Shown: piece after piece, positions 1 through 13,076 of the stretch
How positions within the stretch are numbered: position 1 is the first letter of the stretch
How the letters are laid out: each line of letters begins with the position of its first letter
Assembly: GCA_000182565.2 (NCBI GenBank)
Contig: KQ257452.1
Reading direction: 5' to 3' (one strand)
Source of the DNA: Spizellomyces punctatus DAOM BR117
Taxonomy: Eukaryota
Length of the DNA stretch: 64,000 nucleotides
The notes under the pieces: model-generated
What the model was told of the DNA's origin: nothing
The model's input: the letters and a program-made list of their open reading frames with translations, nothing else
Database searches by the model: none
Made by a program: the position numbers and the translations under genes

Positions 1-1392
1 GAGGAACCAAAACAGGTTGTTGTTGAACCCGCTGTACGTACTGCTATAGTTATTGAGGACGATGCACCTGCTAAGGCGGGGGTAGTGGTTGTTACGGGAG
101 AAGGTCCCGCTATTGTACCTGCCACTGAGAAGCCCGCGACTAACGAGCCGGTTGGAAAGTCGGTGGCTGGTGATGCATTGGAAGTCTCCTTCAAAAATAT
201 CGAGGCGGCGTTCCAAACTGCCCCCGATCGTCCGATTGCGCGAAGCCTAGCCCACTCAATCACGAGTCTGGCAGTCACACTTGGTACTCTCATTGGGTCC
301 ACCAGTGAGGAGGGAAGAGTCAAACTTGAGAAAGCTCGCAGTGAGCTTGTTGCTCTCACGAACTACCTCAATGCCTTGGAGACGGAAGAGGCAAATTTGA
401 TTCAAACAGCACTTCAGGAACAGGCTGCCAAGTTCGGGAAAACTTTGAAGAATCATGTTGAGGCTGCTCAGAAGGCTCTAGGAGATCAAAGCAGAGAGTA
501 CGAGGACAGGTTTAGCAAGGTCCTCAAGGAGGACCGCGAGCGATTGATATCTGAGCACAATGCCGAGCTGGCTGAGAAGCTTTCCAAACAGGCTAAGGAA
601 TTTCAGGCGGCCCTGGACGAAAATTTGAGAAAGCAAGCGGAGGAACTGGAAAAGCATTGGGCCAAGGAAGTGAAGACCAGAGTTGATGAAGAACGGGGTG
701 GACGTTTGGCTCGATTGGATCATCTGGCATTGAAGTTAAAATACCTGGAGCGGATCAGCATCGATGCAGGCGAGTTGCTGGACCGGAGCCATAGACTGCA
801 CCGCCTATGGTCAGCACTTAAGGCTGTAAATGATGTCCTTGAGCAGCCCTATCAGGCATCGCTGGCAAAGGAAGTGGCTGTACTGAAGCAACTCGGGGAG
901 GGCTTCCCTGTTGTGGAAACCGTCGTCCAAGCCATCCCGGCGGAAGTAATTCGGGAAGGAGTCCCCACCGTGTTTGACTTGGAACACAGTTTTGAAAGGG
1001 TCAGAGACTCTGTTCGGAAGGCTCAATTCATTCCACCTCACGGTGGGCCAGTTTCCTACGCAATTTCATCTGCTCTGAGTTATGTGACTTTCAGAAAGAA
1101 GGGCCTTGTTCCTGGGGACGACGTCGAATCGGTTTTGGCACGAACAGAATTCTTTTTGAGGGAGGGTGATGTGGATACTGCTGCTCGGGAGCTGAACCAG
1201 CTGAAGGGGTGGCCTCGAGCGCTGGCAAAGGACTGGTTGAAAAGCGCAAGGAGGTACCTGGAACTGAAGCAGGCTTTGGAGGTAGGCATCTAAATACGTA
1301 TTGCTGCTATGGTGTTGCCATGCTAAGGAAAACATTTTTGTTGACAGGTTGTGGAAACTCATTTGAGTCTAATGAGTTTGGGGGCTGTGTGA
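1..1392 (+). CDS. MIC60: Mitofilin / MICOS subunit Mic60 (3' part; 5' end outside window)
   Basis: Long coiled-coil ORF ending in the mitofilin domain (GDDVESVLARTEFFLREGDVDTAARELNQLKGWPRALAKDWL); intron 1282-1347, last exon VVETHLSLMSLGAV*. Confidence 0.9.
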
Positions 1393-1616
1393 GGTCGGTT
1401 ATCGGTGTAGACAAGAGTTTCTTTGTATTTTCGATAGAGTAAATTGGCATTGGATAATATCGCTTGATATCTCATAGGCCATTTTGAAAGGTTATACCGA
1501 CTCGAGAGCACACTCCCCCGTCATATGAATAAGATTATGCAACTCTAATGCTCTATACACTATGTGCCGCATCCCGCATACAAGTCAAATGCCATGACTC
1601 CCACTACAATTAGCAG

Positions 1617-3182
1617 CTATGGTACTCTGTCCAGCAGTAGCGACTCAATATCTGGCGAGCAAACAAATCTCTTCGATACATCGCCAAGGATATAACAAGC
1701 CGGTTTCTCCGCGTCAACCGCGACCACGTTTTGCAAGAAGCTCGTCTCAGGCCCTGGCGTAACCTGTGCATATGCAAGTCTAATGAGCTCCAGTTCTCAA
1801 CAATAGATCGCGAAGCGATACTCACGTCAAACATGATATTGCCCATTTTTAGCTTCATCTTGCCCGATCGATATAGCACCAGTTTGCCCACTCTACCATC
1901 GGGACCAACTGACTTTTGCGCCGCATCTGGATCGGTTTTTATCTTTGGGTCTGCCTTTACGTGCACAGGCCGTGAGTCTGTGGAGACCTGTGCTTCGACC
2001 ACTTCTACGCCCAAAGCGTCGAATTTCGGGAGAATTGAGGGGAATTGAAAGAACAGCATTTGATTTTCCTAATAGTATCTATAAGCAAAAGCCATCAAAA
2101 TGAAGCAAAAAGGAATAGATACCTCGGGTTGGACGAATTCCGCAGGAGGTCCCATTTTGGGTTTTTCTTCAACATCCATCGCATCCACATCTATATCTGC
2201 GCTCACATCAACGTCAACCGGTGCTGGTGGCGGTATCATTTGGTTGTCCGTGCCCTCCTCTATCTTGACCGATACGGAGGGCCGTCGTCTTGCATCCCGT
2301 ACTCGCTGTCGTTCCCGCTTCAGTCTTTCCATCTTTACATGTTTCGGCCCACCCATCGTAACAGGGGCCCACACATCATCTGGATCAAATGATCCGTCGT
2401 CCTCTGCTTCATCTTTGCGCTCACTCCGTTGATGAGCATATTCCACCTTGTTGAGATTTGCTTCAGCTGCGGAGGCTCGACCGGGGGTTGCAATTACCCC
2501 TGGATACAGTAATCATCAGTCCATGACAGGATACCAAGGATTAGCCCGCGGCAACTGAGTTTACCTCGTTGAGCAGGACCAAAGGCAAAAGGACCCGACG
2601 CTGTCAAGGTTAGCTCTTGTCGCCGTGATTGTCCTATGTATATTGATAAGTATGATGAGTGCGGGAACTAGTATTGCTCTCAGTAATCTGATACCGACCT
2701 CGTGGTTTCCGAGTGTCGCTCCCAGGTTGGCGGTGAGATCTTTCATCTCTTTGAGGTTGCTCTGGAGTACTAATAGGATGTGTCTATCAGTAAGGCATAT
2801 TGAGGTTTATCTTGCGATAAAAGGAAGGGCTGACGTACGGATCTGCCTTCTTTCTTCTGGCTGGAACAGTTGGTGCGAACTTTGGCTGCAGGAAATGTCA
2901 TGGATGTTAGCCGCTAGCTATAGGAGGCCCCCAGCATTCTTAAAATACCCTTGGCGTAGGATTTGCCCCTCCAGCAATAGGAACAGATAGCTCGCGTGGA
3001 GCTCTCAATGAACCCAGTCGTCCTGTTGTTGTACTGGGAAGTACAATCTCCAACGTTCCAGGCTGTCGCTGTGTATCTGCTTCAGATGTCGGGGATACAT
3101 CAGAACTTTCAGGGGCGCCATTGTCCGCTGTGGATGAAGGGGTCTTCGAAGAGCGAGTTGCAGGTCTTCGCCGTCCCGTCAT
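1617..3182 (-). CDS. RPC53: RNA polymerase III subunit RPC4/Rpc53 (multi-exon)
   Basis: C-terminal RPC4 motif LFFQFPSILP...GRVGKLVLYRSGKMKLKMGNIMFDV..G.ETSFLQNVVAVD; low-complexity N-terminus; start codon is inferred. Confidence 0.88.
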
Positions 3183-3380
3183 TGTAAAGTGAATGTCGTT
3201 GGTAGATCGAAGGCCCAAACTTGGATCTTCAGCTGGTTTGTTACGCTGGCAGGCGATGGCACAGCAATGGTTATGCATTGGAACCATTTGATTCTCCATT
3301 CACAGTCCCCCAGCCAAATCGCTTGCTTGCTTAACGGGTTTCACCTGCCTTCTGAACGACGACAATCCCCACAATCCGAA

Positions 3381-4045
3381 ATGCTTGCACGGACACTTGC
3401 GCACGGACGTCGCGCTGCGACAGCATCGTCCGTCTCTGCAACTTGCTCACGACGTCTCCTCGCCACCCAAAAACAGGTGGTTCCCCAAGCGGCCAACCGG
3501 GCCGATGTCTGGAGTGCTCACCAGCAAAAGAAGAGTGTCGCTATGACCGGACCGCGATTCGAACAGACCGATTTTTCCCTTCAGGTTTGTTAACAGAGAG
3601 ATATTTCGGTAGGCTGTAAGGAGCTAGAGGTTAAGGCTAAGATATGCGTTTAGCCAAATCCGCTATCCGCGCAAGAGCTGATTGACAAAGTGCCCGTTAC
3701 GTTTGTGGAGGCCCGTCGTGTCGCTTGTAATGGAGGTAATAAAATCCTTAGAATAGGAGGGCACGAGAATTCTTGGCTGAAGTTCGCACGCACATTTTAG
3801 GTGGCGGCGCTTTGGGACACCCACAAGTTTGGTTGAACTTGGTATGTGAACAGTTGTGCTGTTTTTAGACCACGTCCTATCATACTCATCAGCAACCATC
3901 GCCATATCTTAGGACAAGGATGAACCTCAAGCTTGCGGTGGGTGCAAAAACTGATACAGATTGGCATATTTGCATTCCGCTCATAGTTTTCCGGGATATG
4001 CTAGGCTACTGTGGTCTTCGATTTCAGCAGAAGCATCATCACTAG
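3381..4045 (+). CDS. NDUFS6: Complex I zinc-finger subunit NDUFS6 (multi-exon)
   Basis: Mitochondrial presequence, then AMTGPRFEQTD, SAQELIDKVPVRFVEARRVACNG GGGALGHPQVWLNL and CGYCGLRF zf-CHCC motif over short exons. Confidence 0.9.
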
Positions 4046-4206
4046 CGTGTCCAAGTATTATCAATCGTCAATAAAGGTGTTAGATCTTTAGAACAGTCTT
4101 CACACTCAAAACAATATGAGGGTTTGCGGCAGGCGTATGTGTGCACGGCGCATTGCTCTTAGTAAGTTTATATCCCTCAAAATACACCGTCATCCTCATT
4201 TCGATA

Positions 4207-5059
4207 TCAAATGAGTTTCTATCAAAATATGCAAAACCGTTAAATTTATCCCGAGGGAGGATGAGAAGCTGACGCGATCTTGGTTGCACGTACCTTTGCT
4301 TGGAAGAACCTCCTCAGGTACATGACCTGCCAGACGCCAGAAGAGATGACAACACCCATAGCGAGAATGTTGAACCACTTTACCCTCGAGTTTGTGGATT
4401 CTTTATGAGGAAGCGGGATTTAGCTCAATACACGGATATAGATAGCGGATGACGCCCGTACCATTGACATCGCGCATCAGCATTTCCCTCTCTTTCAAAA
4501 CCTCCATTTGCCCAGTGATTTCCGTCACCACCGCTTCCAGCCTTCGAAGTTCCACTTCGACAGGAAGCAGTTTCTTTTGTCGGATCTCTTCGGATAGATC
4601 CATGGCCTCCGCACCAGTGTCCACATGAAAGCTTATGAATAGCTTTGTGTCAGGCCCAGGATGTTGCCCTAGAATGGCCTTCGTTAGTCTGTCACCTAAT
4701 CTGCAAGAAAGTGTTCTGCCACACCCACCTGATTCCAGAGTATTGGTGAAGCAGAAGTACACAGCTGCGTCGTCGTGTGTTGTGAAGGCAAACTTCTGCT
4801 CGCCAGACGCTCCCCTTTTGTTCCAGTACTTGTTATCGTGTGGTTTATCGAATACTTCAATATCTACTCGTTGATGCTCTCCATCACCAACCACGACATT
4901 GCCTACGACTAGTTTGTTGTCTCCAATGTACTGAATCACACAACGCTTTGTCCCAGGCGAATGCGCCGCTTGGAGGTCAAATTTGAGCGCGTTGGACAAG
5001 GAGCTGAATAGCACAGCAATGCACACTAGCGATGCCGCTGTCCACCGTGAAAAGTACAT
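4207..5059 (-). CDS. ERV25: p24/emp24 family cargo receptor (Erv25/TMED10-like)
   Basis: Signal peptide, GOLD domain (FAFTTH..YFCFTN), LLPVEVELRRLE, MRDVNESTNSRVKWF, TM helix and YLRRFFQAKKLI* tail. Confidence 0.9.
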
Positions 5060-5249
5060 CGCGTCCTGTGGGTGCGTAGGAAGAGGTCGGTGAAAGATGT
5101 TGAACGCTGGTTGACGTGCAACGGCCTTTGAAACAGGCGAGATCGTTGGACAAACCATTATTAACCAAGTGCATTCCAATGCAAACAAATCATTCTGATT
5201 GAAAAGTTGAAGTTGGAAGCTGCAAACCAGCTCGGTCCCGCAAAGAAAC

Positions 5250-6038
5250 ATGGGACCTGTGGCAGCAACGACTTCACCAGGAGGATTGACGTCTGTACAG
5301 TCCTTGCATAACGAGCAAGTGAACACAAGTCAGAACGCTATGGGTACAGAGGTGCAAGCTGCCGAAAATGCGGGGGAAACACAGAAGGATTTACCAACTG
5401 GAGGAGAGAAGAAGACAAAGGCGGCGATAGAGACTGTTCGAGGGAAACCTGTTTCGGGTAGGATATCACAAGCAAGGGCATGTCTTTTGGACCGCCACTT
5501 ATGATATTGTTCAGGCCGCGCATGGAAAGTAACGCAAACAAAGCGGCATTCTGCCATGAGGCCAAAAATGCTCCGACCAGGCAAGTATTGTGTTGTCCTG
5601 TCAGGCGTCGACCTGCATTCAAATTCCGTCAAAGCTTGGACTGACACCTCTATTAGGCTGGGTAAAGCAACAGGAAGATAGAAAGAAACGCGAGATTGTA
5701 AAGACAATCGAAAAAGAATTGAAAGACCAAAAGATTGCCGCAAAACAAGTACGTTCTTGTCATGTACAGATTCTTAAGAGTCCTATATCATCTAACAGCC
5801 TATCACCTTACTCTTGTCTTTTGTTCAGAAAAAGAGGGAGGAGGAAAAGGAGCGACAGAAGCGAAAAGAGGAAAATGAAAAGCGTGCTGAAGTAGTCCAG
5901 CAAGTACGTGTAAACACACTGAGATTGCACAAACAGACTACCCCGATACTAAATACGCTCTTTTCGTCTGAATAGGTATCTGCAGCGAAGCTGAAGCGGA
6001 TGAAAAAGAAGCAATTGCGCCAGCTCCGCAAGCAATAG
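5250..6038 (+). CDS. CGR1: Cgr1/CCDC86 family ribosome biogenesis protein
   Basis: RGKPVSGRAWK motif, basic coiled coil, ENEKRAEVVQQVSAAKLKRMKKKQLRQLRK; start may be 5250 or 5340. Confidence 0.85.
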
Positions 6039-6301
6039 AAACGCAATTATCAATCACCGACTATAATCCTGTACATCTTTCTTTTCTCCATTCTACTTGT
6101 TACTATCCTTCTTATTCTTGTAATTTATCATTCTCAACATTGCTTATTGACCTTGTATGCTATCGTCCAGCGTTCATTGCAATCCGCACTTTGTTTTGTT
6201 TGTAATCTGAATTTTTTTTGTCGAGGCGCGTCCTTTAGTCATGACCAAACCCAGATCTGTTGAAGAGTAGGCCAGCAGTCATTTTTGGCTCAATTTACAA
6301 A

Positions 6302-9300
6302 ATGACGAGATCACTAGAAAGCCTCGAATGGTCGCTAATATTGGGCCGGCTACCAACAGAAGCGACACACACACCACAAAGTTCCCTCGTGGATCTCATC
6401 ATTCATGGCCATTATCACAAGGCTTTACAGTCCCAGGCCGCCGTCGAGGTGTTCGGAAGTAACGTCGACATTGGTTCTGATGATATACGGTGTATAACAG
6501 AAAGCTTTGGTAGGTCGGACGTATAGGACTGATATGCATGTGGTCAGGTATCTAACATCTTGGTAGATGCAACCCCTTTTATACTCTCTCGGTTGAAGAC
6601 CTACCTGGCGGACACAGAAGGAGGTCAATTCGAACGACAATTTGAAGTACTCTGTGTAGGAGTGGCTTGTTTGTATGCTTTTCTTCAAAGTGGATGGACT
6701 GGTCCACGTCTGAACATGGAACCAGTGGACATTCTCCCCGAAGCTGTACACAAATATGTAAGTATTACGGAAAATGCGACATTAAGTCTATATGTATGTT
6801 GCTGACAGCTGTGTTAGTCTGAAGACTTACGGAAGAAGGCATTGGAGAATTTAGTTGAGGATGGCGAGGAGGTTTACTCATTGACTCCACGACCCTTGTT
6901 TTTGGTCTATGCCAAAGTCATTCTGGTAGATGGCGCTAGCCTACTGTCGGATCTGAAAGTATGCATCAATGATAGTAGGCTCTGAGCGCCCTCTCTCATC
7001 GTTGTACTGTTATACCTAGAGTACATCCTGGTGGCGGGCGCGTACTCTATTCACTCAGCAGAAGCTCTTGGAAAACCCAGCGGCGACTTTGTGCGACGAT
7101 ATCCTCGCATCCTTAGAGCAAGGTTTTTCAATGCTTTCTCCTACGGTCTCTTTTTGCTATCGTTCCTAATTCCTGTCTTTCCATAGTGGCCGCAGACATT
7201 CCATCAGAAGATGATACCAATGGCCGGTATGCTTCCTGTTATGATTTATGGTGCCTTTGGCCGCATACTCATCCTCTCTTGGGATAGGGAACTGCGTACT
7301 AGGTACAATCTTGAACTTGGCCTGGTCCATCATTGGTATAAACAGGATAGCAAGTCGGTGGTTGGTATTTAAGATTGATTGCACCAGTCCTGCGTCGATG
7401 CTTACTCGAATCAACTTTCAGCCGTACCTTGAGGCTGCGCAAGCAGCTAGCAGGTTCAAGTGGACCTTGACTGGTGCCCTTGGGAAGCGTACAAAGTTTC
7501 AAGAGTTTGACGTCTCCCAACTCGTGGTAATGGCGGAAAGTGCCCAAGATGTGGAAGAAACCAATGACAAGGAACATGGAACTCAGTGCCAACCCAAGAC
7601 GTTGGCGCTGAACGATGATACATTATTGGAGACTATTGAATTTACCCAGGATGCCAGTCAAGAGGGTCAGAGTGCCGCAACGCAGGGCAACCTGAAGGTG
7701 ATTGATCAATGTATTCTTCTTGCGTTCTGGTAAGCGAAAGCTCGACGGTCAGGATGTACGACTCGAACTTATCAATTTTGGCAGTTTAAATGTCAAAAAC
7801 ACGAATCCTGCCCATGGTCTGACAACAGAAGAGATGTTGCCGTATGTGCGGGTGAGTGTCTGCACGTGGCGTCAGTGCAAGACTCTTTCTCTAATGAATT
7901 TGCTGTGGTTGTCCTAGCGCGTATTGGAAAACGCTAACAACTGGATGGTTCACACGATGGGGTTACTTTTGAGGTCTCGCCTGGAGAGCAACAAATCCCG
8001 CACTGTGGAACGAGCGGCATTACAGCTGCAGGTACGCGGCAGTTGAACGAAACGCTGAGGGCTCAGAATATTCACTGGCTGACACATCATATAGGCACTT
8101 GTCGACCAGTTCCCTCTGGAAGAGTCGTCCGTATCTGATCGTATGCTGCACATCTTTTCAATAATGCTTCCCGCGAAGTGGGAAATGGAGGTAAGCAACG
8201 CTCCTCAAGAGGAGAGGCGGTGCACTATGTGTGAAATCCTAGCGTATTGGATGATGCGATGCATTCATTCGATGTTGTTGTCAGGGGGGCGCGAGGGTTC
8301 TACTTCATAAAGGAGTTGCTATGATGAAACTTCACGTTCACTGTGTGAGAGAAGGCCACAATGATGTTGATGTCATTGCACCTCAAGGCTTTCGCCTTTG
8401 CTTCCGATTAGGAGCACATGTTACTGGCTGGCGACGTAAGATATTGACTGCGCACGACGGAATACTAATGAAGCCTTCTTCCGTATTTGCAGCGGGAGCT
8501 TGCCGAGCGCTTTGTTTCCCTTGGTGTCACCCGTACAGCTTTAGAGATCTTTGAACGCTTGGAGCTATGGGAAGATGTTATATCCTGCTATCAAATGTTG
8601 GAGCAGGACAAGAAGGCCGAGGCTCTTGTTCAGGAACGACTAAAAATAACACCAAGATCACCCAAGCTCCATTGTATACTGGGCGATTTGAAGCAAGATC
8701 CATCGTACTATGAAATGGCTTGGAAACTATCAGATGGAAGATATGCTCGTGCCATGCGATCACTTGGAGCTTATTACTTCAAGCGGAGTGAATGGGTCAA
8801 GTCAATCGAATGCTACCACCGTGCACTCGCAATCAACTCATTATTTGAAAACTCGTGGTTTGTGATGGGTTGTGCTGCTATGCGGGCGGAAGATTGGGAC
8901 CAAGCGGTTAGGGCGTTCAGCCGTGTGACATCACTTGATCACGAAAACGGTGAAGCATGGACAAACTTGGCGTCTGTCTACGTTCGACAAAAGAAGAAGC
9001 GAGAGGCTTGGCGAGCTCTTCGCGAAGCTATCAAGCAGCATTTTGACAATTCGAAGATTTGGGAAAACTATTTGTACACCTCTATCGATCTCGGGGAATT
9101 CCAGGAAGCTATTCACGCCATGGAGCGAGTGCTGGATACGAGGTGGGATAAGGCAGGCGAAAAAGAGAACGTAGTTGACGTCGAGGTCTTGGACATTCTG
9201 GTGAATGCAGTGGTGAATGATATCGCAGACGCCAAAGGTCAACCAGCTTCCCGACTGTCAAGCAAACTCAATCGGCTGTTGAATTCTATAACATCAAAGG

Positions 9301-9777
9301 TTGCCACGAACCCAGCAGTTTTTAGCTGCGTAGCCAAATTTGCTGCCTCCCGAGGATTGTACCGTCGTGCTCTTGATTACCGGTTGAAGGCCTATCGATG
9401 TCTATTACATCACCCACAAATGGCCGATGATGAATATGTCTTCAAGATGACGGTCGCAAAAGCACTAGAGTTGGTAGATGCATACGTTACGGATGGACCA
9501 CGTATGGAGGCTGTTCGAATGGGAGCTACAGAGGATGACCCTGGTAAGGGCGAAGAGGCGCGGCAGGAAGAAATGGTCTGCAAGGATTGGGCCTATCAGG
9601 CGAGAATGGTATTGAGGACATTGATTGGGCGAACAAAGGTGAGCGCTGATATGGCTCAACATATTTGCATGCAATACTGGTGCTGAGACCTGCAATTAGA
9701 GCACATTTGAAGATCATCCGCAGCATGATGAACTGAAGGGTAAACTACAAGAGATTACCGAACTAGCACGGGCGTGA
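6302..9777 (+). CDS. EMW1: TPR protein TTC27/Emw1 family (multi-exon)
   Basis: FLQSGWTGP, LTGALGKRTKFQEFDVSQL, NWMVHTMGLLLRSRLE, RTVERAALQLQALVDQ motifs and C-terminal TPRs. Confidence 0.88.
8200..8421 (+). ncRNA. Candidate intronic H/ACA-type RNA in TTC27/EMW1 intron (8191-8492)
   Basis: 302-nt intron; hairpin 8231-8308, then ANANNA box AAAGGA 8309-8314, second hairpin, ACA at 8416-8418. Confidence 0.5.
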
Positions 9778-10221
9778 GGTTGATACAGTTTGCATTGCAT
9801 TCATTAAAGAAGGAAAAGGCTTTTCAATGTATAATAGATGTGGCAATTCTGTCGCCTTTCATGTATTTAATACAGCATAAATATGACGGTCCTTCCATCT
9901 TGTGGCTGGGCACGATAATTAGCACTTACGTAAGCCCTCGATCGCGACGTGTTCAGCAACTTGCAGCTCTACCCGTTCAACCTCATAACAAGACGTGCAC
10001 CCGCTCACACTCCGCTCATCTTTGAAGGTATTGGGAAACCATTCTTGATTTCATTTTTAGCACCATCTAAATTGGGTGTCAAGTTCTTGTCACCTTTGAC
10101 CGGCTTATCAATTGGATAGGTTCGTGGTGCACACAGTAAGCCTATTATGAGCATTCACACGGATTTGATCTGCGATTAACCTCCATGGACAGGGCAATTG
10201 CGGTTTGCAGCTGCAAGCAGA

Positions 10222-10779
10222 ATGTCCTCCGATGAAGGTGACATGTCTGTTCCAGAGACGGACTGGGAAACTGATGGGGATCCGCTTCGTGAAACGATCA
10301 TGTCCGGATCTGAGCCTGATTTGCAGGATATGCCCGATCTCACAGATCAGGATGAATATGACGATGGCGAAGATGAATTCTCAGACGGTCCTCCAAGTCT
10401 TGTCGACGATAGTGAATCTGGTGACGCTTCCGGAGATGAGGCCAGTTCCCTCTGGACTATGCCAAAATCCGTGCTAACCAAGTCCGAAGAGACGGAATAT
10501 ATGACAGCCCTCTCTGCTGAACGCTCCTTGAAAAAAGCCCAGAAGCAGCTCAGCCAAGAGGTAGAGGAGAATTCCGATGAGCAAGAAGAGTACCTTCGGC
10601 AGAAAGAGGAAGAAAGACATCAGATACGTAGACTGGAGCGTGCAAAGCGGCGTGAGGCGCGACGAAAGGCCACTCAGGAGCAGCATGTTGATCCTATTGC
10701 CGAAAGCGTTACCAATGCAATGGTTGCTTTTCATCAAGGCAAATGGACCATGTCGTCTTTGTGCTTTGCGACTGCGGTC
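10222..10779 (+). CDS. Unknown protein, acidic N-terminus plus coiled coil; runs into assembly gap
   Basis: Open frame from ATG 10222 with D/E-rich and charged helical segments until Ns start at 10780. Confidence 0.65.
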
Positions 10780-11546
10780 NNNNNNNNNNNNNNNNNNNNN
10801 NNNNNNNNNNNNNNNNNNNNNNNNNNNNNNNNNNNNNNNNNNNNNNNNNNNNNNNNNNNNNNNNNNNNNNNNNNNNNNNNNNNNNNNNNNNNNNNNNNNN
10901 NNNNNNNNNNNNNNNNNNNNNNNNNNNNNNNNNNNNNNNNNNNNNNNNNNNNNNNNNNNNNNNNNNNNNNNNNNNNNNNNNNNNNNNNNNNNNNNNNNNN
11001 NNNNNNNNNNNNNNNNNNNNNNNNNNNNNNNNNNNNNNNNNNNNNNNNNNNNNNNNNNNNNNNNNNNNNNNNNNNNNNNNNNNNNNNNNNNNNNNNNNNN
11101 NNNNNNNNNNNNNNNNNNNNNNNNNNNNNNNNNNNNNNNNNNNNNNNNNNNNNNNNNNNNNNNNNNNNNNNNNNNNNNNNNNNNNNNNNNNNNNNNNNNN
11201 NNNNNNNNNNNNNNNNNNNNNNNNNNNNNNNNNNNNNNNNNNNNNNNNNNNNNNNNNNNNNNNNNNNNNNNNNNNNNNNNNNNNNNNNNNNNNNNNNNNN
11301 NNNNNNNNNNNNNNNNNNNNNNNNNNNNNNNNNNNNNNNNNNNNNNNNNNNNNNNNNNNNNNNNNNNNNNNNNNNNNNNNNNNNNNNNNNNNNNNNNNNN
11401 NNNNNNNNNNNNNNNNNNNNNNNNNNNNNNNNNNNNNNNNNNNNNNNNNNNNNNNNNNNNNNNNNNNNNNNNNNNNNNNNNNNNNNNNNNNNNNNNNNNN
11501 NNNNNNNNNNNNNNNNNNNNNNNNNNNNNNNNNNNNNNNNNNNNNN
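10780..11546. other. Assembly gap (N run)
   Basis: Run of N. Confidence 1.
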
Positions 11547-12976
11547 CAGTTTAGATGACCAAGGGCAGTTAACCATATCGCAGGACGCTAACTCATTGTC
11601 TGACGCGATTGCTGTCAAAGAATTCTTGTTTCCTGTTTGTGCCTTTAATTACTACTTCCTCCGCCTTTCCTCATACTCAGATCCCTTAATCTGCCTCATA
11701 TGCATTGATTCATCCTACAATCTTCAACTCCTCTTTCCGATCCTATAGCAATGTGAGAGGTTGTGCAACGAGACATAGAGATCACAGACATTCCTACCTT
11801 GTCGTACTCATCCTTATATTTGTCATAAAGGCTCTGCAGAGCTTGAATGTATTTTGCTTGCAGTTCGTCGATTTGAGTCGAGGTTGGATTTTCCGTTTTA
11901 GTAACGGGTATCGGTTTTCCTACTGCAAGTATGATAGGCAACGTATCAGGGGGGTTACCTGTCCTTAGCAAGGCTGCAACGTACCAACGGTGACGACACG
12001 TTGCTGTCGCGGGATCAGTGTATACCATCGTCCGTAAGCCAGAGGTATGGTGAAGCCGCATAGTCGCAGGAGTGCTTTTTGAAGTTTGTAGAGCATAGGG
12101 TGGCTCATTTGATTCCATAGCGATGTTTCTCCAAAACTGTATATCGGAACGAGGGCTGCACTGTTTGCTGGTTAAGGAAATGAATTCTAGAAGAGATGCA
12201 GCGTGCTCTTACCCAGTTTCCAAAGCAACCTTAAAGAAACCCTTCCTTTTCTTCAAGACGATCCTATTCGTTCCCTCAAAACACTCCAAGCTCTCGGCTG
12301 CCCCGCCAATCACAACTCCAACAGCCTTATTTCGACCTCTACTCAGCCAGTATTTGATCGAATTCTTTTCAACGCTAATAAGACCATGAATCAATGCGAG
12401 CTCTCGAATGAACGGAAAGAGGAAGATGATATTGAGCGTGGCAATACGGCGGTCGATGGACGGAAAGAGAGATTTGAATCCGGTGACATCCGTGAGAACG
12501 TTGACAAAATGACTGTAGCCTGGAGATTGATAGTTAACGGTACACATTCCACAAGCTTAATAGTCAGCCACCCTTACAGATAATGCCATGAGGATGCAAA
12601 CCCATCAGATAGGGCCCGTTTTCTGGATCTAAATCCGCCTCTTTGTGCAACTCTTGCGGGAAATAGTCGCTGGCATTCAAGGCATTAGCCGTTGATGCAC
12701 CCGCGGATCACAATTACTCGGTCAGTCCCTACCGGATATGCTCTGGCAAATACAGCCTGTTCTTTAGAACGTCGTTGACTCGGTTCCCTCCGCCCTTCCA
12801 CGGATCGCGATCAAATAAAGCGTACCATGCCACATAAACGAGAAGCACGGGACTAAATAGATATAATGAATGATTACTGGGTCTCATTTATTTGGCGGAG
12901 CCATAGCGTCCAAATACCGAAATAAGGTGGTCGACAAGGACAGAGTCAGTACGACAAGCGGGCCCATTGTCAGGAC
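11547..12976 (-). repeat. Apparently identical copy of 16353-17782 (DGAT2 minus its first ~50 coding nt), bounded by N gaps
   Basis: Same sequence and same ORF translations at constant offset 4806. Confidence 0.95.
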
Positions 12977-13076
12977 NNNNNNNNNNNNNNNNNNNNNNNN
13001 NNNNNNNNNNNNNNNNNNNNNNNNNNNNNNNNNNNNNNNNNNNNNNNNNNNNNNNNNNNNNNNNNNNNNNNNNNNN
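12977..13076. other. Assembly gap (100 N)
   Basis: Run of N. Confidence 1.

Noticed and set aside
8191-8492. TTC27 intron RNA as snR30/U17 or telomerase RNA
   Set aside because: No m1/m2 motifs (ATATTCCTA, AAACCAT) and no CTAACCCT-type template
10198-11748. Long ORFs spanning the N run (516, 325, 294, 271 aa) and the 5' part of ORF 12870-14759
   Set aside because: Artifacts of translating through Ns; 12870-12976 is antisense DGAT2 sequence
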